This document shows, one piece after another, positions 1-13,349 of a stretch of 64,000 nucleotides of DNA. Each line of letters opens with the position of its first letter. The stretch's first letter is position 1. The notes under the pieces were generated by a model. It was not told the DNA's origin, did not search any database, and saw only the letters and a program-made list of their open reading frames with translations. The stretch is from Lingula anatina (taxonomy: Eukaryota; Animalia; Brachiopoda): positions 10,044,001 through 10,108,000 of the forward strand of contig CM120643.1 of NCBI GenBank assembly GCA_051362555.1, read 5' to 3'. Position numbers and translations under genes: made by a program.

Positions 1-1309
1 AATTTTCGGGAGGTAATGAGTATTAAGAAAAGATTCAATAATTTTTTATACCTTCAACTTCTATCAATTTTGCTCAAAAAGATGAGAACAATTAATGATT
101 CTTAAACAAAATTTATAGATTTTTTTAAAATTAGACTATAGGATTTATTATTTTGTCTCTTACAAAGTCCATTCTAACAATTTGGTCAGTTATTTAAGAA
201 TTTAAGGAATTATCATCTAAAAATGTTACTTCAAAGTATTTTGTTTCTCTAAATGGCAAATTCCATATTCTACCAAAGTGTATGTAAACCTGATACTTCG
301 TTTGGTTTGAATTTTAGGTGAAAAACATGCCTAAAATGTGCGGAGGAACGTTCTAATTAAAGTTGTCCTGCATTCTTATACATTTTAATTTTTTCGGGAA
401 CAAGGGGTGATTGAAAAAGACGGGCTTTGTTAGATATCAGTCCTGCATGCCCATGTTATATTATTTGTGTTTAGTGTTATCACTGAAAACCGAGAACCAG
501 AGTTAAATTTAAGTGAATGTGAAAAGTAACTACAAGGACATTGACTTTTGCGTAACCTTTTCAGTTTTGTTTGTATATTATTATGAATTTGGCTAAGACT
601 TGAATAATCTTGTAAACCGCCCATGTCTTTATGTCGCTCCTGATTCAAATGCTTTGCAAGTGTAAATTTTCATCCACAGTTACGCCTTGTATGATATTTA
701 TTTTCGGATTTAGTGCAAAGAAAACATTAAAAAAACATCGATTGGCAAAACAATCAGGAATTTTACAAACGACGAAATTTTGGTATCTGTTCGATTTGGT
801 GTGCAAACATCAGACAACATAGGACAAGGTGTGGTTACATGCGTGTGTGCGTTAGTGCACCAATAACATAAAAGATTATTTGCTTTTTTAAAATGGTTAC
901 AATCTTTGGATTTGTTTTTGATGGAATTCGATGAAGACAAGGTACTAATGTCAACTTTGACAAAAAATTGGCAAGTACAATTCGTTATAAAAAAAACATT
1001 TTGGCTTTCATCAGTCCTTGCCAGTCTTTCAAATGTTATGATCTTGAACTTATTTTGATTTTCATAAATCAAAGGATTCCGTCTTTTAGTAACAATGTTA
1101 AAAATGCATAAAATCTTTGACTTCATTTTATTTACAGATATATAGTCTTTTTTGTTTGTTAAATTTCAATTCATAATAACTTAGAGCACAAAATGTTTAA
1201 TTTTTGGAAAAATTTTAATGCTGTAAATAATTCATTTTGACAATAATAAATGTACAAATGCTTTACTTCGTTCAAAACTTGCAAAAAGAATTTCTTTCAC
1301 CTCTAGCTC

Positions 1310-1690
1310 ATCCCGATCCCTTCATCTCCTGCTTACTATTCTGCCGTCTTACCCACTGAGCCACTGCCCCGACTTGTTTTCTACACTATCGTAGGACCTT
1401 CTTGTCGCAATTTAAATCACTTATTTGGAATTTTTTTGCAAAAGGTAATTTGCTGGGACCTAGAAGCGCCAGGTTTCGAACCCAAGCTTGCTGTGTCCGA
1501 GTTGCGCGTGCTATCCACTCTCCTAAGTGTTCCCGCCCACCCACCCCTGGTAGACTTTCCTTTTATAGTAACTAAAGGGAATTTTGAAAAGTACCTCTGG
1601 AAAAGAATTACTATGTTCCAAGTACCCGAATCGAACCCCCACCCTTACAGTTCCGAGCCAATGAAAACGCTAAGTCATTTTGCATATAAT
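1310..1690 (-). repeat. Cluster of three degenerate tRNA-like (Pol III A/B-box) heads, possibly SINE/tRNA-derived relics
   Basis: Minus strand: TGGCTCAGTGG A-box-like (~1355-1365); TAGGAGAGTGG...GGGTTCGAAACC (~1470-1525); GGGTTCGATTC (~1627-1640). No complete cloverleaf can be drawn. Confidence 0.35.
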
Positions 1691-4600
1691 TGTAAAGTAT
1701 TTTATTTCGAGCAAAATAAACTGCCACATATTTTCAAACATCCAGTTGTAAAAGTTTTAAAAATATTTTAATCACAATAAATTCAGAAATGTAAAACAAA
1801 AATATTGATATCTGCATTAAGACAAGTTTGAATTGATAAGTAAACTATCTAACGAACTACTTGGCTAATATTTGATCTCAGATAAAGAAAGAATCAGATT
1901 TTTAAATTTCATTTTAACAAAAACAACGGCAGATCTAGTAGCTGTCTCACTCCACACCACCGCAAGAAAAAAAAATCGAAAGAAACTCGCTCTGATATGA
2001 TGATTTTAAGAGTTACAAAAAATATTCCAAACTGCCAAGAATTTCAAAATGTGACGCCCTTTCAAAATACCATGTATCTGCCATTGTTTTTATTTCATTT
2101 TAACCATAAGGTGCTGTAAATGTTTTTTTTTCTACATTTAATACGACATAAAAGTCCAACAGTAATTGTTTGTAAAGAAAAAAATACGGGTTTTGTAAAA
2201 AATTATCACAAGCCGCTTCCGAAATAAATTTCAACATTTAACAGCAACCGATACATGTACGTTCAAATAATATACAAGAGATACACTTCAATGGTGAATG
2301 TGAAAAAAAATCTCCTAAAGACAATATTGCAAAAAAAGCATTTTAAAGCAATTGCAATGTGTAATCATCACACCTAGGCAAAATGGAGGGACAAATCGTG
2401 GTATTATTTATAACACCTTGCATTTATTTCAAAGTTCAAAGTTTTGTAACAAAATTGGTTCGTAACTTTCTGAACATAAACAAGGTTCTCATACGAGACC
2501 ATAAACATCATTTCTGCATCTGCTGCTCGATATACTGAAGATGGTGTCGAGATAGAATTGTGAAAAAGCAGCAGAGTTTTGAAAATGGAAAAATTTGGAT
2601 CACATGTCTGTTCCCTTCATCTTTATGCCTAAGTGAGATCAGTTCAACAAATTGGTGCCACATATGCAAGTCATAATTACAAATAAATACAAAAAATATT
2701 GCACATACTACTCATTTCAACTTAAGAAAAATATGTAATATTAAGACTACAATCCAGATGAGCAAATTTACACAAATAACAATAATCGTTTAATATATTT
2801 AAGTTCTTTTAATGCAGTTCTACAGGTAGACTTGTATTAGTCAAATCAGTTTGCAACTTAATGTAATTTTCGCAAATTGAGTCTTAAATCTGTGAACTTT
2901 ATATATACTCTACTAAAACAAAATGAACAAAACGTCTAAAACAAAATGATCGGTTGTGGACCATAAAAGTTGCACTTTTCACTCAACAAGACAGCAAGTT
3001 TTCAAGCTTCAAAAGATTATTCAGATACGAGTTTTAAGCAACTAGATTTTAGTCACCCTCGCTTTGGAGATAGACTTGAGAATTTCACACGTGGCAATAG
3101 AATTATAGAATTGGAACCCCAAACGGATCAAATAAACCTAAAGGGAAAATTGCTGAAATTTCCAGATTTTTATGTCTTATTATCATTTTTTTTTTTGCTT
3201 TATTAAAGGTCTAACCGCATTGCATGCCTTTAAATTGGAAAAATTAATTCAGGATTTCGAAATGAGTGAAAATATTGTACATGCCAATTGCCGAGTGAAA
3301 TGCTCGCTATTTAGAAAAAAAATATTTTGATATAATTTTGCCAGCTAAGCATTAAACAATTTAAAAAACGATTGAATTATGTTTTATTTGAAAGATCAAT
3401 AACTCAAGACTGCTTCAGTATGTTTTATTTCTCTTTGAACCATTTCAATGGACTTAATAATATCATCAAATGTGCAAAATTACGTGAACAGTTTTCACGG
3501 TAGCTTTTTTTTCGTCTTTTGTTGAAAAGGTCAAATTGAGTTTCATTTGCGAGTTTTTCGGGACTAGAAAAGTTTTTCGTGTTTTTTGAGCATTATAATT
3601 GCATTGAAATAAACGTCAAGTCACAACTTGCTGCCTTGCTGAAGAATACCGAAAATAGTTTAACAAATGGTGCAGAGGCAAACTCATAATTATAGTACAA
3701 CATGTTTAAAGGCACAAGGGGCGGTTTTATTCTGGAGAAATAAAACGAGTTTTGTTAATAATGAATACTTTTTTTATTTTTTATTTTTTTTTTACAAAAG
3801 GCTTTAAAATTTGGAGGTAAAAAAAATCATGGTAAATTTCTTCGGACAGAGCATTTTGATTAGACAGTGTGATATTGACATAAGCCATAAATGAAAAATA
3901 TCAAAATTGCGTTCGAGCATTACTTGCAAAATTGACACTAGTAATTCGCCCCCTTTGCCTTGAAAATGGCTGCATTCAAAATCACTCAAGCAGTGTAACT
4001 ATTATCTAGGTCACGTTCTGTAATGGATTGAAATATAACATATTATGGTATTTTTTGTGAAGTTATGCCAAAATCAGAAATGAAAGAATATCACCAATCC
4101 TTTATCCTGTTCTTTAATCTGTAATTGTGACTAATTTGCTGTACTATAATTATGACAGAAAATTTTATCAAGAACTACTTACATGTGCTAAACTTCAGCA
4201 ACCAGATTTTTAAAAGAGCTATCCCAAAGAATTTTCCCCACCTTGACTATTTCGCATGTAAAGTACTTTATTACTGCCGCTACTAATTCTACTGATGCAA
4301 TTTAAATTCTGAGTAGTTAACGTGAGGCACAAATGCAATTTTCACTGTCATGAGGTACGTGATGAAATAAAGGAGACATGGAGGACACGAAATATCACGT
4401 GGGAAAACACTCGTGGATGGCAAACTCCAGTGTTCAACATGCATGCGTCAAAACCATTTTTAAATGCATCAAAGCTAAGTTTTTGACAAATACCTAAAAC
4501 CATTGCCTGAGACCGTTTCGTTGAATCGGTAAAAAAACTGAAACATCCATATACTTAGAATCCCGACCGGCTCGCATCCACACCCTGGTCACTCAGAACG

Positions 4601-4915
4601 GAAGAAGAAGTGACATCTCTTTCAAGGGTTCAGGTTTCAAATGATCCATCGGGGTAGGAGGCAGGAAGAGCTTGGTGACCACCCTTTCTATTTATCAATT
4701 ACCTTAGTTTGACAGACAAAATTTGATGAACAATGTACTAAAATAGCAACGCACAGTAAGCTTTTCCTACCTGCGTGTTTCAAAATACACTTGATTAAAT
4801 TAATTTAATTAAATTTCAGACCCTTACACACCCCAAAGTAAAATGGCACTATGTATCCTTATATGGTCTGCAATCTGAGCAGTTTTTGCCAGGTTTGACG
4901 AACCAAACTGTCCTA

Positions 4916-4932
4916 TAGCGCCATCTGAAGGG
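4916..4932 (-). promoter_or_regulatory. CTCF-like motif
   Basis: Minus strand CCCTTCAGATGGCGCTA resembles the CTCF core CCxxxAGRKGGCRC. Motif match only. Confidence 0.25.
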
Positions 4933-5344
4933 GAACAGAAATGATCTTCTCTGCTGCAATCGGTAGCTTAGCAGATTGTTTCAGTGTGTGTATGTGTGCG
5001 CGCACGCGCTTGTGTGTGCTTAACTTCAGCATCACAGAAACGGCGATAATAATGCAATGTGAAATGATATATATACAAATAAAGTTAAAGCCATTTATGC
5101 AAATAAAACCAACAGTACATGTTATCTACAAACTGAACGGTCAGAGTTCATTTCTGATCTGTTAATAATATGAATCTAAAATCCATGTAAAACGGCTTTA
5201 AAATACTACACCAGTCTACCATAATGTAAAAATGTAATGATAAAATAAACAAACCCATTATCAGAATAGAATTGGATAAAAGGAAAGTGCATAGATACAT
5301 GAACATGTAGACTATCAAAATCGGCCTAGGATATTCAATCGCAT

Positions 5345-5510
5345 TTCGGCCTCCCCGCACGGCGGAGAGAGATCGTAATATTCAGCATGGCTTTCGCGGT
5401 GAAGGCTTCCTTGATTCGTAGCCACTGATCGGAGGTCGTCTCGGCCTCACCGCACGGTGGGGAGGGACCAAAATATTCAGCACAGCTTCCGCGGTGACGG
5501 CTACCTGACG
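5345..5510. repeat. Direct duplication of a GC-rich block (copies ~95 bp apart)
   Basis: TCGGCCTCxCCGCACGGYGGRGAG...AATATTCAGCA...GCGGTGA occurs at ~5346 and ~5441. Confidence 0.65.
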
Positions 5511-5549
5511 CTTCTTCCTCTGTTCAGTCTCGTCTCCTACCACAAAAGC

Positions 5550-5860
5550 GATTCTAGTTTCTCAGTGTCAGAATCGTTTCTGAAAAACAACACTAGTCTC
5601 TGGTTGCGAGAATCAATTTTTGAAAAACGAAACTAGTTTCTAGTTGCCAGGTTCATTTTTGAAAAACGACACTCGATTCTGGTTGCCAGGTTCATTTTTG
5701 GAAAATGAAACTGGAAACTAGAAACTAGACACTAACTTACAGCGCCCCAAAGGACACCAGTTTCTGGTTGCCAGAAGCGTTTTTGAAATACAAAACTATC
5801 TTCTAGTTACCAGGTGCGTTTTTGAAAAACAAAAGTAGAAACTAGACACTAATTTTAATG
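5550..5860. repeat. Degenerate ~38-40 bp minisatellite
   Basis: Unit TTTTTGAAAAACRAMACTAGTTTCTRGTTGCCAG repeated about 6-7 times with variation. Confidence 0.75.
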
Positions 5861-6269
5861 CCCTGTGAGCGATATGACTTGCCCCCCCCCCCTCCTCCCT
5901 CAAATCATAGTGGTGAAAAACTAATTTTTTTCCTCACATTGTGCAGAAATACCACTTACTTTACCTACATATTTAATATAAATTATTCTGGATTAAGAAA
6001 GGACCAGTATCATTCTCCATTTCTTGACCCCATCATAAGTATAGGGCCACGTTTTTTTTTTTTTGCTTGGTATTTGAAATAGGCCTACACATTACTTTAA
6101 AAACATCTATGACTGTCGCAAATTTATGATATAATTTGTTAGCTCAAACTATCTCCTTTCAGTTTTAAATTTTGAATTTCATCATAAACTAGAATGAGCT
6201 TATTGAACACAGTTTCCATTTTTTACCAATCTCTTGAATCAGGTTTTTTTTCCACTGCCTGGGCTTGAC

Positions 6270-6450
6270 GACAAGGGACGTAGGGTGGGGGGTTCGGGTT
6301 TTTGAAAAAAAAAACAAACTTTTTGCTGGGAAAAGGCCCCTTCTGGGTAAAAATTTTATCTACATACAAGAAGGTTTCATGGTAAAATGTTATCTTTTTC
6401 AGAAACAACGTTGACTTTTTTCAAAGACTCATTTTCACTTGGGTAGCCGT
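6270..6450. mobile_element. Degenerate copy of the CAGGCCYGTAGCC-terminus MITE family
   Basis: Internal sequence GGAAAAGGCCCCTTCTGGGTAAAATTTTATCTA...TTTCATGGTAAAA...CTTTTTCAGAAA matches the element at 56481-56615. Termini eroded. Confidence 0.5.
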
Positions 6451-7063
6451 GACTCCCTACATATGGAGACCCCAAAGCGAATGTTACCTGTGAACGCATT
6501 AAGAATCTCATCCATTTTACTTGTATATTTTTATAATGCATATTGTATAACACTATATTTATTTTTCTCATTCATTTACTACTATAACTATTTCCCTATA
6601 AATTTCGTACATAGTATTTATAGAGCCTTTAAATGTAAAAACATTTCTGTGCTCAATAAATTATTATTATTATTATATGCATATTTGGCAAGGTGTGCTT
6701 TTTTCTTAATATTATTTTTTTCTGATAGAAGATATTTTTTCTTTTAGCTAACAAAAGTTAGTTAACAAGCAATCATTTTTCAAGAAACAGTTCCTAAAAT
6801 GCATTTCGCACTTTTGAAGACAGAAGAAAAGGATGACCTGATGCACACTGCTTGATTACCATATGATCACTTTTTTCTTTCACCAGAAAACTGGAAAAAA
6901 AAAAGGAAATGCTGTTCTACCATGAAGAAGGCAAGCAACATATGTATCCTTGGGGTCGATGAAGAACAAGGGCCTAAACCAGCAACTGATGTTATATATA
7001 TTGTTAAGATGCAGAAAATGTAAAAAAAACACTTTTACATATCTAATTAGTTTAATAATGAGA

Positions 7064-7388
7064 CTGTCAGGCCTACCCAACTACCAGACTCGGCACCGAA
7101 TGATCCAGAATTCACCGGTAGATCAGACCACACTACCCGTTTTCAAGGTGTGTATCAGATCGTATTACACAGTATCATACCCTGAACAAATTTTGAGTGG
7201 TGATGCAATGTTTTTCAACCCCACTGATAATCGTCACTATCACGTCGCGTACTAGGCAAGAGCGGTGTCACGTCTGATACTATGTAATGCGATCTGATAC
7301 ACACCTTGAAAACGGGTAGTGTGGTCCGATTTACCGGTGAATTCTGGATCATTCGGTGCCGAGTCTGGTAGTTGGGTAGGCCTGACTG
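7064..7388. mobile_element. MITE / foldback element with ~115-bp terminal inverted repeats
   Basis: Left arm CTGTCAGGCCTACCCAACTACCAGACTCGGCACCGAATGATCCAGAATTCACCGGT...ATCAGATCG is a near-perfect reverse complement of the right arm (~7272-7388, ending GGTAGGCCTGACTG). ~90-bp spacer. Confidence 0.85.
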
Positions 7389-7459
7389 TTAACATGCCTA
7401 GTAATTGAATCTGAGGAAAATCCATTTATTTACAGAAAAGGCATTAATTCATCAACTAA

Positions 7460-7940
7460 ACCGATCAAAATAATTTTTGAACTTGATCTGTATACTAGTC
7501 CTAAGAATCAGTCCTGCATAATTAAAAGCAAAATATGACACGGTTTTCATGTGATCTGTATAACAGTGGATACAATATGCCAAAAAAAAAAAAAAAAAAA
7601 AAATGGGCAGATCAAGCTGACTTTCAAACTCAATCTGTATTTCAGTAGGATTGATCATTCCTGTGAGTTTCAAAACAATAGGCCTATTGGTTTTGCTTGA
7701 AATATGTTAACAGTATTGCATATATGCTGAAAAAAGACAAAAAAATAATAATAACTTTTGAAAAAATGGCCCGATCATGCTGATTTTCAAGCTTGACCTG
7801 CATTTCGTGAATATTCATCAGTTCCCTAAGTTTGAAGACAAAAGGTGAAACATTTTTCCACTTATTGTGCTATCAATGAAAGTGCATGGCGACGAGGATG
7901 ATGGCAACAGTGAAGACAGACACAGGTGACGGCTACATGT
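7460..7940 (+). repeat. Interspersed repeat with internal ~150-bp tandem cores; related copy at ~58690-58870
   Basis: Three related units (GATCA..CTGA.TTTCAA.CTTGA.CTGTATT...). The tail GAAAGTGCAT...ACAGACACAGGTGA is shared with ~58810-58850. Confidence 0.5.
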
Positions 7941-9961
7941 ACATTGTACAGACACTTTATTAAGTACGATCATTACATTCATTTTACCAAAGCCATTCAA
8001 TCCTGGATCCAAGTTTAATAAATTAAATGTTCATTGTGCGCTTGGCTCATGTACATGTATGAGGATTCTCCTTGGGGCAGTAATACACTTCTTGCTACAT
8101 TATACTACTGTATGAGTATGTCAGATAGTTTAGCCCAAGTTAATCTTTATTCTACAGTAATCAGATAAATTAGTACGATGCACTAATAATATCAGTACTA
8201 TAGTAAAAGGCAGGCATAAGGCACTATTATTATTATTATTATTATTATTATTGTAGTTATTATGGCAGCCATGAAATATCACAGTTCAGTGCAATCACAT
8301 TCACTTGCAGATCTCAGTATCAGAAGCCTTGAAGGCTCTGTTCTGTCCCAAACAACAAGAAACGAAATAAAACATACTTCAGAAAATTACAAACAGTTTC
8401 ATCTTTGCTCCTTCGCAAACAAACATGTACTGATCTACAATTATAACATTCTATGGAAAACAACACAAAATGGCAACGAGTGCTTTAAAAATACAATACA
8501 ATAAATAAATATATACACCTGTACTATACACTTAATATTTTAGGTTTACAGCTTTTTTGCATTGATTTAATCTTATACTCCTTAACATCCTAATGTGTAG
8601 TAATGACTCGATCTTTTCAAAAGGAGGGAAACTGAATTTTATAGATACTGTATTTCTTAAAGGCATATTTCTTAAAATAAGAGCATTCCTATCGAGTGGT
8701 TGCAACAAAATTGAAAATCAGACTACCCTATAGTTCTATTCTATGCATTAAAAGCACCACAAATGCTATGCAAAATAGAATTTTTATGATTTTAAACTGA
8801 TATATCTGAAAGTTTGATAATTTTTGCCCATTGAAAATATCAAGTCATCATTGTATATATCTACATTTTGTACTATATACAAAAACTTTCTTTGGCTAGC
8901 AATTTCTTCACTTAACATGTATTGATACTATAAGTATCAAATTTAAACAACATAACATTAGTTTATAGACCCAGTCAAACAATGTGGCCCCTAACTGTGG
9001 TGTCCTCAGACAAGGACAGTAACACAAGAATTCAACCTGACTGAGTCCTTCCATTATTCACCAAGGTCAGTGCTCCCTGGGAAGTCTATAGCAAGCACCA
9101 TGTTGACGTCATTCAGACCTATACTGGTTCAGTCCATCTATGTCTGAATCCACCTTACCATGTATACACATGCGCACTGTACATGTACAAGATAATACCT
9201 AAAGTCATACCGACTTTAGATTTACATTTCAATTTTAAGTTAGTATCACAGCAATGGGAATGACCAATTTTCATTAAACATATACATAAATGTGCACAGT
9301 TATTTATTATACCTTTTATACTATAATATAGAACACAAAACAAAATTTAACACAAATATACGCATACTAGTATTATGAAATACACTCTTGAATATTACTC
9401 TTAGATGTTAGGATGTGGAAAAGATGAAGGGTGGGGGTAAGCGAATCTCTCAAAAGGTCCAGAGTCTTTTTCGAGCAAACGTCTTTAGTCAAGGTGACAA
9501 ACATCAACATCATTATTAGTTAAACATAATACCTCCACCCTACCGGGATATAACCCATGTTTCAGAAAACAAAAATACTAGTAATACATTTTTTCTCACA
9601 ATCACCCCCCCCCCCCCCCCCCACACACACACCCCTTTTTCATGTCAAACCATGTCTTCCTGAGTAGCCAACAGTGAACACATACAATTATAAGGTTCAA
9701 ACTGTTACTGGCATAACAAACATTTCCCAAATGATAAATAAAAATTATCAAACACAAACCAAAAATTTTTCTGATCCAACTACCATTTTGTTCATTTCTC
9801 AAATGCTTATAATAAGATAATATAATTTGGCTTAAGAAATTCAATATGAAATTTAGTGAACCAATTCCTCCAATTCATCATCAATTCAGTGAAAATAGTG
9901 TGAATTGGTTAAAAGAAATAGAATTACCTCAATCTTACTTTAAAATTCACGATGAACTATT

Positions 9962-12319
9962 TCAATGGCGTAAAAACAGCCTTGTAGTATCTCCTACAGC
10001 ACCTACACATGCTTTCTTCACAGAGACCAAAGTCTTGAGCCTGGCTTCCAACTGGCTCACACCATAAACTGTCATGCCACTACAGTAGGACACGTCCAGC
10101 ATCTTGAGGCGATGACAATTCTTTCCCAGGGCCTGAAGACTAATATCTGTTAATTTATCGCAGCCGGAAATCTCCAGGGAGGAGAGACGCTGTAGGCGTG
10201 CACCAATTCCCATGATGCCTGCATCAGTTATCTGGTTGCATCGACTGAGACAGACGGACTCCAGGCTCGGGTTGTGTTTGGCAACGGACTTCAGCGTGGC
10301 GTCAGTGAGATCGGGACAGAAGCTAAGATTCAGAGACTTCAACTCTTGGAATTTAATGGCAGTCACCAACCCTGCGTCTGTCACCTGAGGGCAGTTGCTA
10401 ATGTCCAGGGATCGAAGAGCCTTTAGGTTAGAAAGAGGAGTAACAGTTCCAGATCTCAATTTATCAGCAGTGCGCTCAACCGAAAGCTTGAGGAGGCCGT
10501 TTTCCAGTGTGTGTGGGTCCTTGGGTGGGTTGAAGATATTTGAAACGTTCGCCTTCCTGGTGCACTTGCACTGGCCCTCGTTGTCGTGTTCATGGTGCTC
10601 TGGGGGCACCTCCTCGATGAGACCCGTTAATCCGTAATCAGTCATCTTCTTACACCAGGCTAGTCTCAGAAAACGAAGGGCGGGAAGGTGCTTAGCTATC
10701 CCATTCACGCCCACATCACTAACGGGGAAACAGGAGCCCAGATCCAGGTGGACGAGCTGAGGGAGAGCCCTGCACGCCTCCAACACAAAACTGTCATTGA
10801 CGTAACTGCAGCAGTTCAGGTTGAGGTGGGCGAGCAGGGTGGGGGGTTTCTCACAGATCCCTCGGATTAACCCCTTGGAGGTGACCTGATGGCAAGCAGA
10901 AAGGTCGAGGTGGACGAGGTTATGTAACTGGTGTAACCCTTTCACGGCCACGTCAGTGACATACCTGCACTTCTCAAGCCTGAGGAATTTTAACAGCGAT
11001 AGGTTCCTCATGACGGCACCAGCCCCCTGGTTTCCCACTTCAAAGCACTCAGCTAAGTCCAAGTGTTCCAAGTCTTTTTGTGTCTTACAGAGATCCACAA
11101 CTCCTTCGGATCCCAGCTCTCTGCAAGTGTGGAGGACAAGTCTCTGAAGTTTAAGACCCTTTGTGCTGGCCACTGTTAGGAGTGCCTCGTCATTGATGGA
11201 GGTGCGGCTGAAGTCTAGAGCATTGATCTTATTGCTGTTGTCCTCGATGAATTTCATAATGTTTTCAAAAGTGAGCAAGGATGCACTGGGGCCATGTGCG
11301 GTGTTTCTCTTGTAAGGGTCTGAGTTGAATGTGATGCGCGAAGATGCCAGAGAGAGGGACTCGATGTTGCAGCACACCTCCACCATTCTGTTGAAGGTAA
11401 CATCAGAGAGGAAGCGTATCCCGCTCAAGTTCAAATATCGCACATTTTCTAAAACTTTCTGCAGTTTCTCCCTTTCTTCCGCATTCTGGAGCAGGGTGCC
11501 TGTCATGAACAAGTTATTGCAGCAACTGAGATCTAAGCTCACCAGGGTGCAGCACTGGTTGATGAAAGTCATGAAAGTCCCAACACTCACCTCACAGCCT
11601 TTCAGTGACAAGCTCTGCAAGTTCTCACTAAGATACTGACATGACATCAGGATCATGTCCTTGGATTTATTAGAGTCATCTATCTCGTTGAGGACTAAAT
11701 TTGGGGTCTGGCGTCTCCGCAGACCCGACAAAGGTTCCTTACAGTATGTGCTATGGGAGTGGAATGTCACTACAATATCTCTCTGTATTACAGGGTCCGA
11801 GTAGGCCTCATACCAGATCTTGTTCACTAAGCAGGCTTCTTTACGGTCTGAGACACTTAGGAACCTCATGATATGGGTGATAACCTGTCAAAAATAATAA
11901 AGATATTTTTTAATATTTAAAAAAAACGTATTTACCAGTGTATTTTTAAAATAAATATATACTGGACATCCCAGCGGCAGTATGCTACCGGTTCATCTAA
12001 ACTTTTAACATTAATGTAAGTATAATTCAGTGTTTTTATAATCAATGCGTCAAAATTGCGACCAAACTGGCACATTGCAACGTGCATCACAGTTGTGTAA
12101 GCGTCTTGTGACTCGGGATAGAAATATTTTGACAGTTCGAGACATCACATTTTCAACGCACCACATCTTCTCATACTTCCTGAAGTTTATTTTTGTGGTC
12201 TTATTAACACATGGATACACCTTCTCCAGAATAAACTACAATCGCGAAGATGACAACGGCTTAAAATGCGTTTTCGGACCTGTGAAACTTACCTCAACTG
12301 GTAACCTGTTACCTGCCAT
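9962..12319 (-). CDS. LRRC29: F-box/leucine-rich repeat protein, LRRC29 (FBXL9)-like, 649 aa, 2 exons
   Basis: Exon 1 12319-12293 (MAGNRLPVE, donor GTAAGT) splices in phase 0 to exon 2 11884-9962 (acceptor CAG, VITHIMRFLSVSDRKEACLVNKIWYEA...). This completes the F-box motif LPVEVITHIMRFL, followed by many cysteine-containing LRRs (LxxLDLSxCxxVTDxG). The segments DRKEACLV and LDLSCCNNLFMTGTLL resemble vertebrate LRRC29 as recalled. Stop TGA. Confidence 0.9.
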
Positions 12320-12339
12320 TTTGTTTACGGGTCAGAGAA

Positions 12340-12381
12340 TCATGTGACATGGTCATGTGACCTGGAAAGCTGTATGACGTA
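12340..12381 (-). promoter_or_regulatory. Putative proximal promoter elements of the F-box gene: tandem TCATGTGAC E-boxes and a TGACGT half-CRE
   Basis: TCATGTGAC at 12340-12348 and 12353-12361, TGACGT at ~12375, all 20-60 bp upstream of the ATG. The ATG sits in an AAAATGGC (YY1-like) context. Confidence 0.4.
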
Positions 12382-13171
12382 CTACACTTTACTATAAATA
12401 GGTATTTTCACGTCGATTTTTCCTATTCTCGGGCTAAGTGTTATTTTGTTTTAAGTACTGTTGATGATAGTGTCATTTCCCCCTAAGTAATATGAATATC
12501 TCTTATACACTCTTCACTTACATCATCTTTGCTTTCTTTAATCTAGGATATTTTAACAACAGGCTTACAGCAAACTGGGGTGTAACCCCCTAAGGTTTTC
12601 ACAAGTAGGCCTACATGTATGCCGCAGCTAAGAGAAATTATGAGACAGAAAAGGCCGTGTAAACTGCCATATACCAATATATCTGCAGGGTACAATGTGG
12701 ATTTCTTATCTCATTAGCAGCAGGTCCTTTTAATAATTCAACCGGTAGAGGCACATACACATTCGCCTATTGTGTAGGGGGGCCTACAGTGTAGGGCCTA
12801 CAGGCCCGTGACGCAAAAAGACGCAACTTTTAATTCAGCCCCTCCCCCTCCCCATCAATTTTTTGATTATATTTTTGAATAATATGTTAAACAAAAAGCG
12901 GTGACAATTCTGTATGTTTTGCAGTTGCTTCGCAGAGTGCTGCAATTTACAAATACACGTACCGTGAACAGTTATAGAACATCGTCTGAAATGGTTTTGT
13001 GAGCTCAAAGTGAGCCCATAAAAGTAGTTTTTCACCTCTGCTATATTAAATCTAATCAAGGAAGCCCTGTGCTTCCAAAGTCTTAATATCTGCGCCTCGC
13101 TAAAAGACCTTATATATTTAGATTATTCAGAAAGAAAAGGAACGTTATACCTTTATAGCGTTATACCTTTT

Positions 13172-13349
13172 CAGGCCTGTAGCCGGCAATTACAAAAGGG
13201 GGGGGGGGGGTCTTTTTCTGAAAAAGTGGACCTTTTCCCATAAAAACTTCATGAACCTAGATCAAATTTTACCCAGAGTGGACCTTTTCCCACTAAAAGG
13301 GGCGGTTCTTTCGAACCCCCCGAACCCCCACCCCCTGGCTATGGGCCTG
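13172..13349. mobile_element. MITE, CAGGCCYGTAGCC-terminus family
   Basis: TIRs CAGGCCTGTAGCC / GGCTATGGGCCTG, flanked by the 6-bp direct repeat CCTTTT. Internal sequence is the reverse complement of 56481-56615. Confidence 0.8.

Noticed and set aside
5550-5860. CRISPR-like regularly spaced repeats
   Set aside because: Units are contiguous and degenerate with no unique spacers, the context is eukaryotic, and there are no cas genes; it is a minisatellite.
10395-11639. Plus-strand ORFs overlapping the F-box gene (and similar shadow ORFs over the GPCR and sacsin genes)
   Set aside because: Antisense or alternative-frame shadows of real coding sequence with no recognisable motifs.
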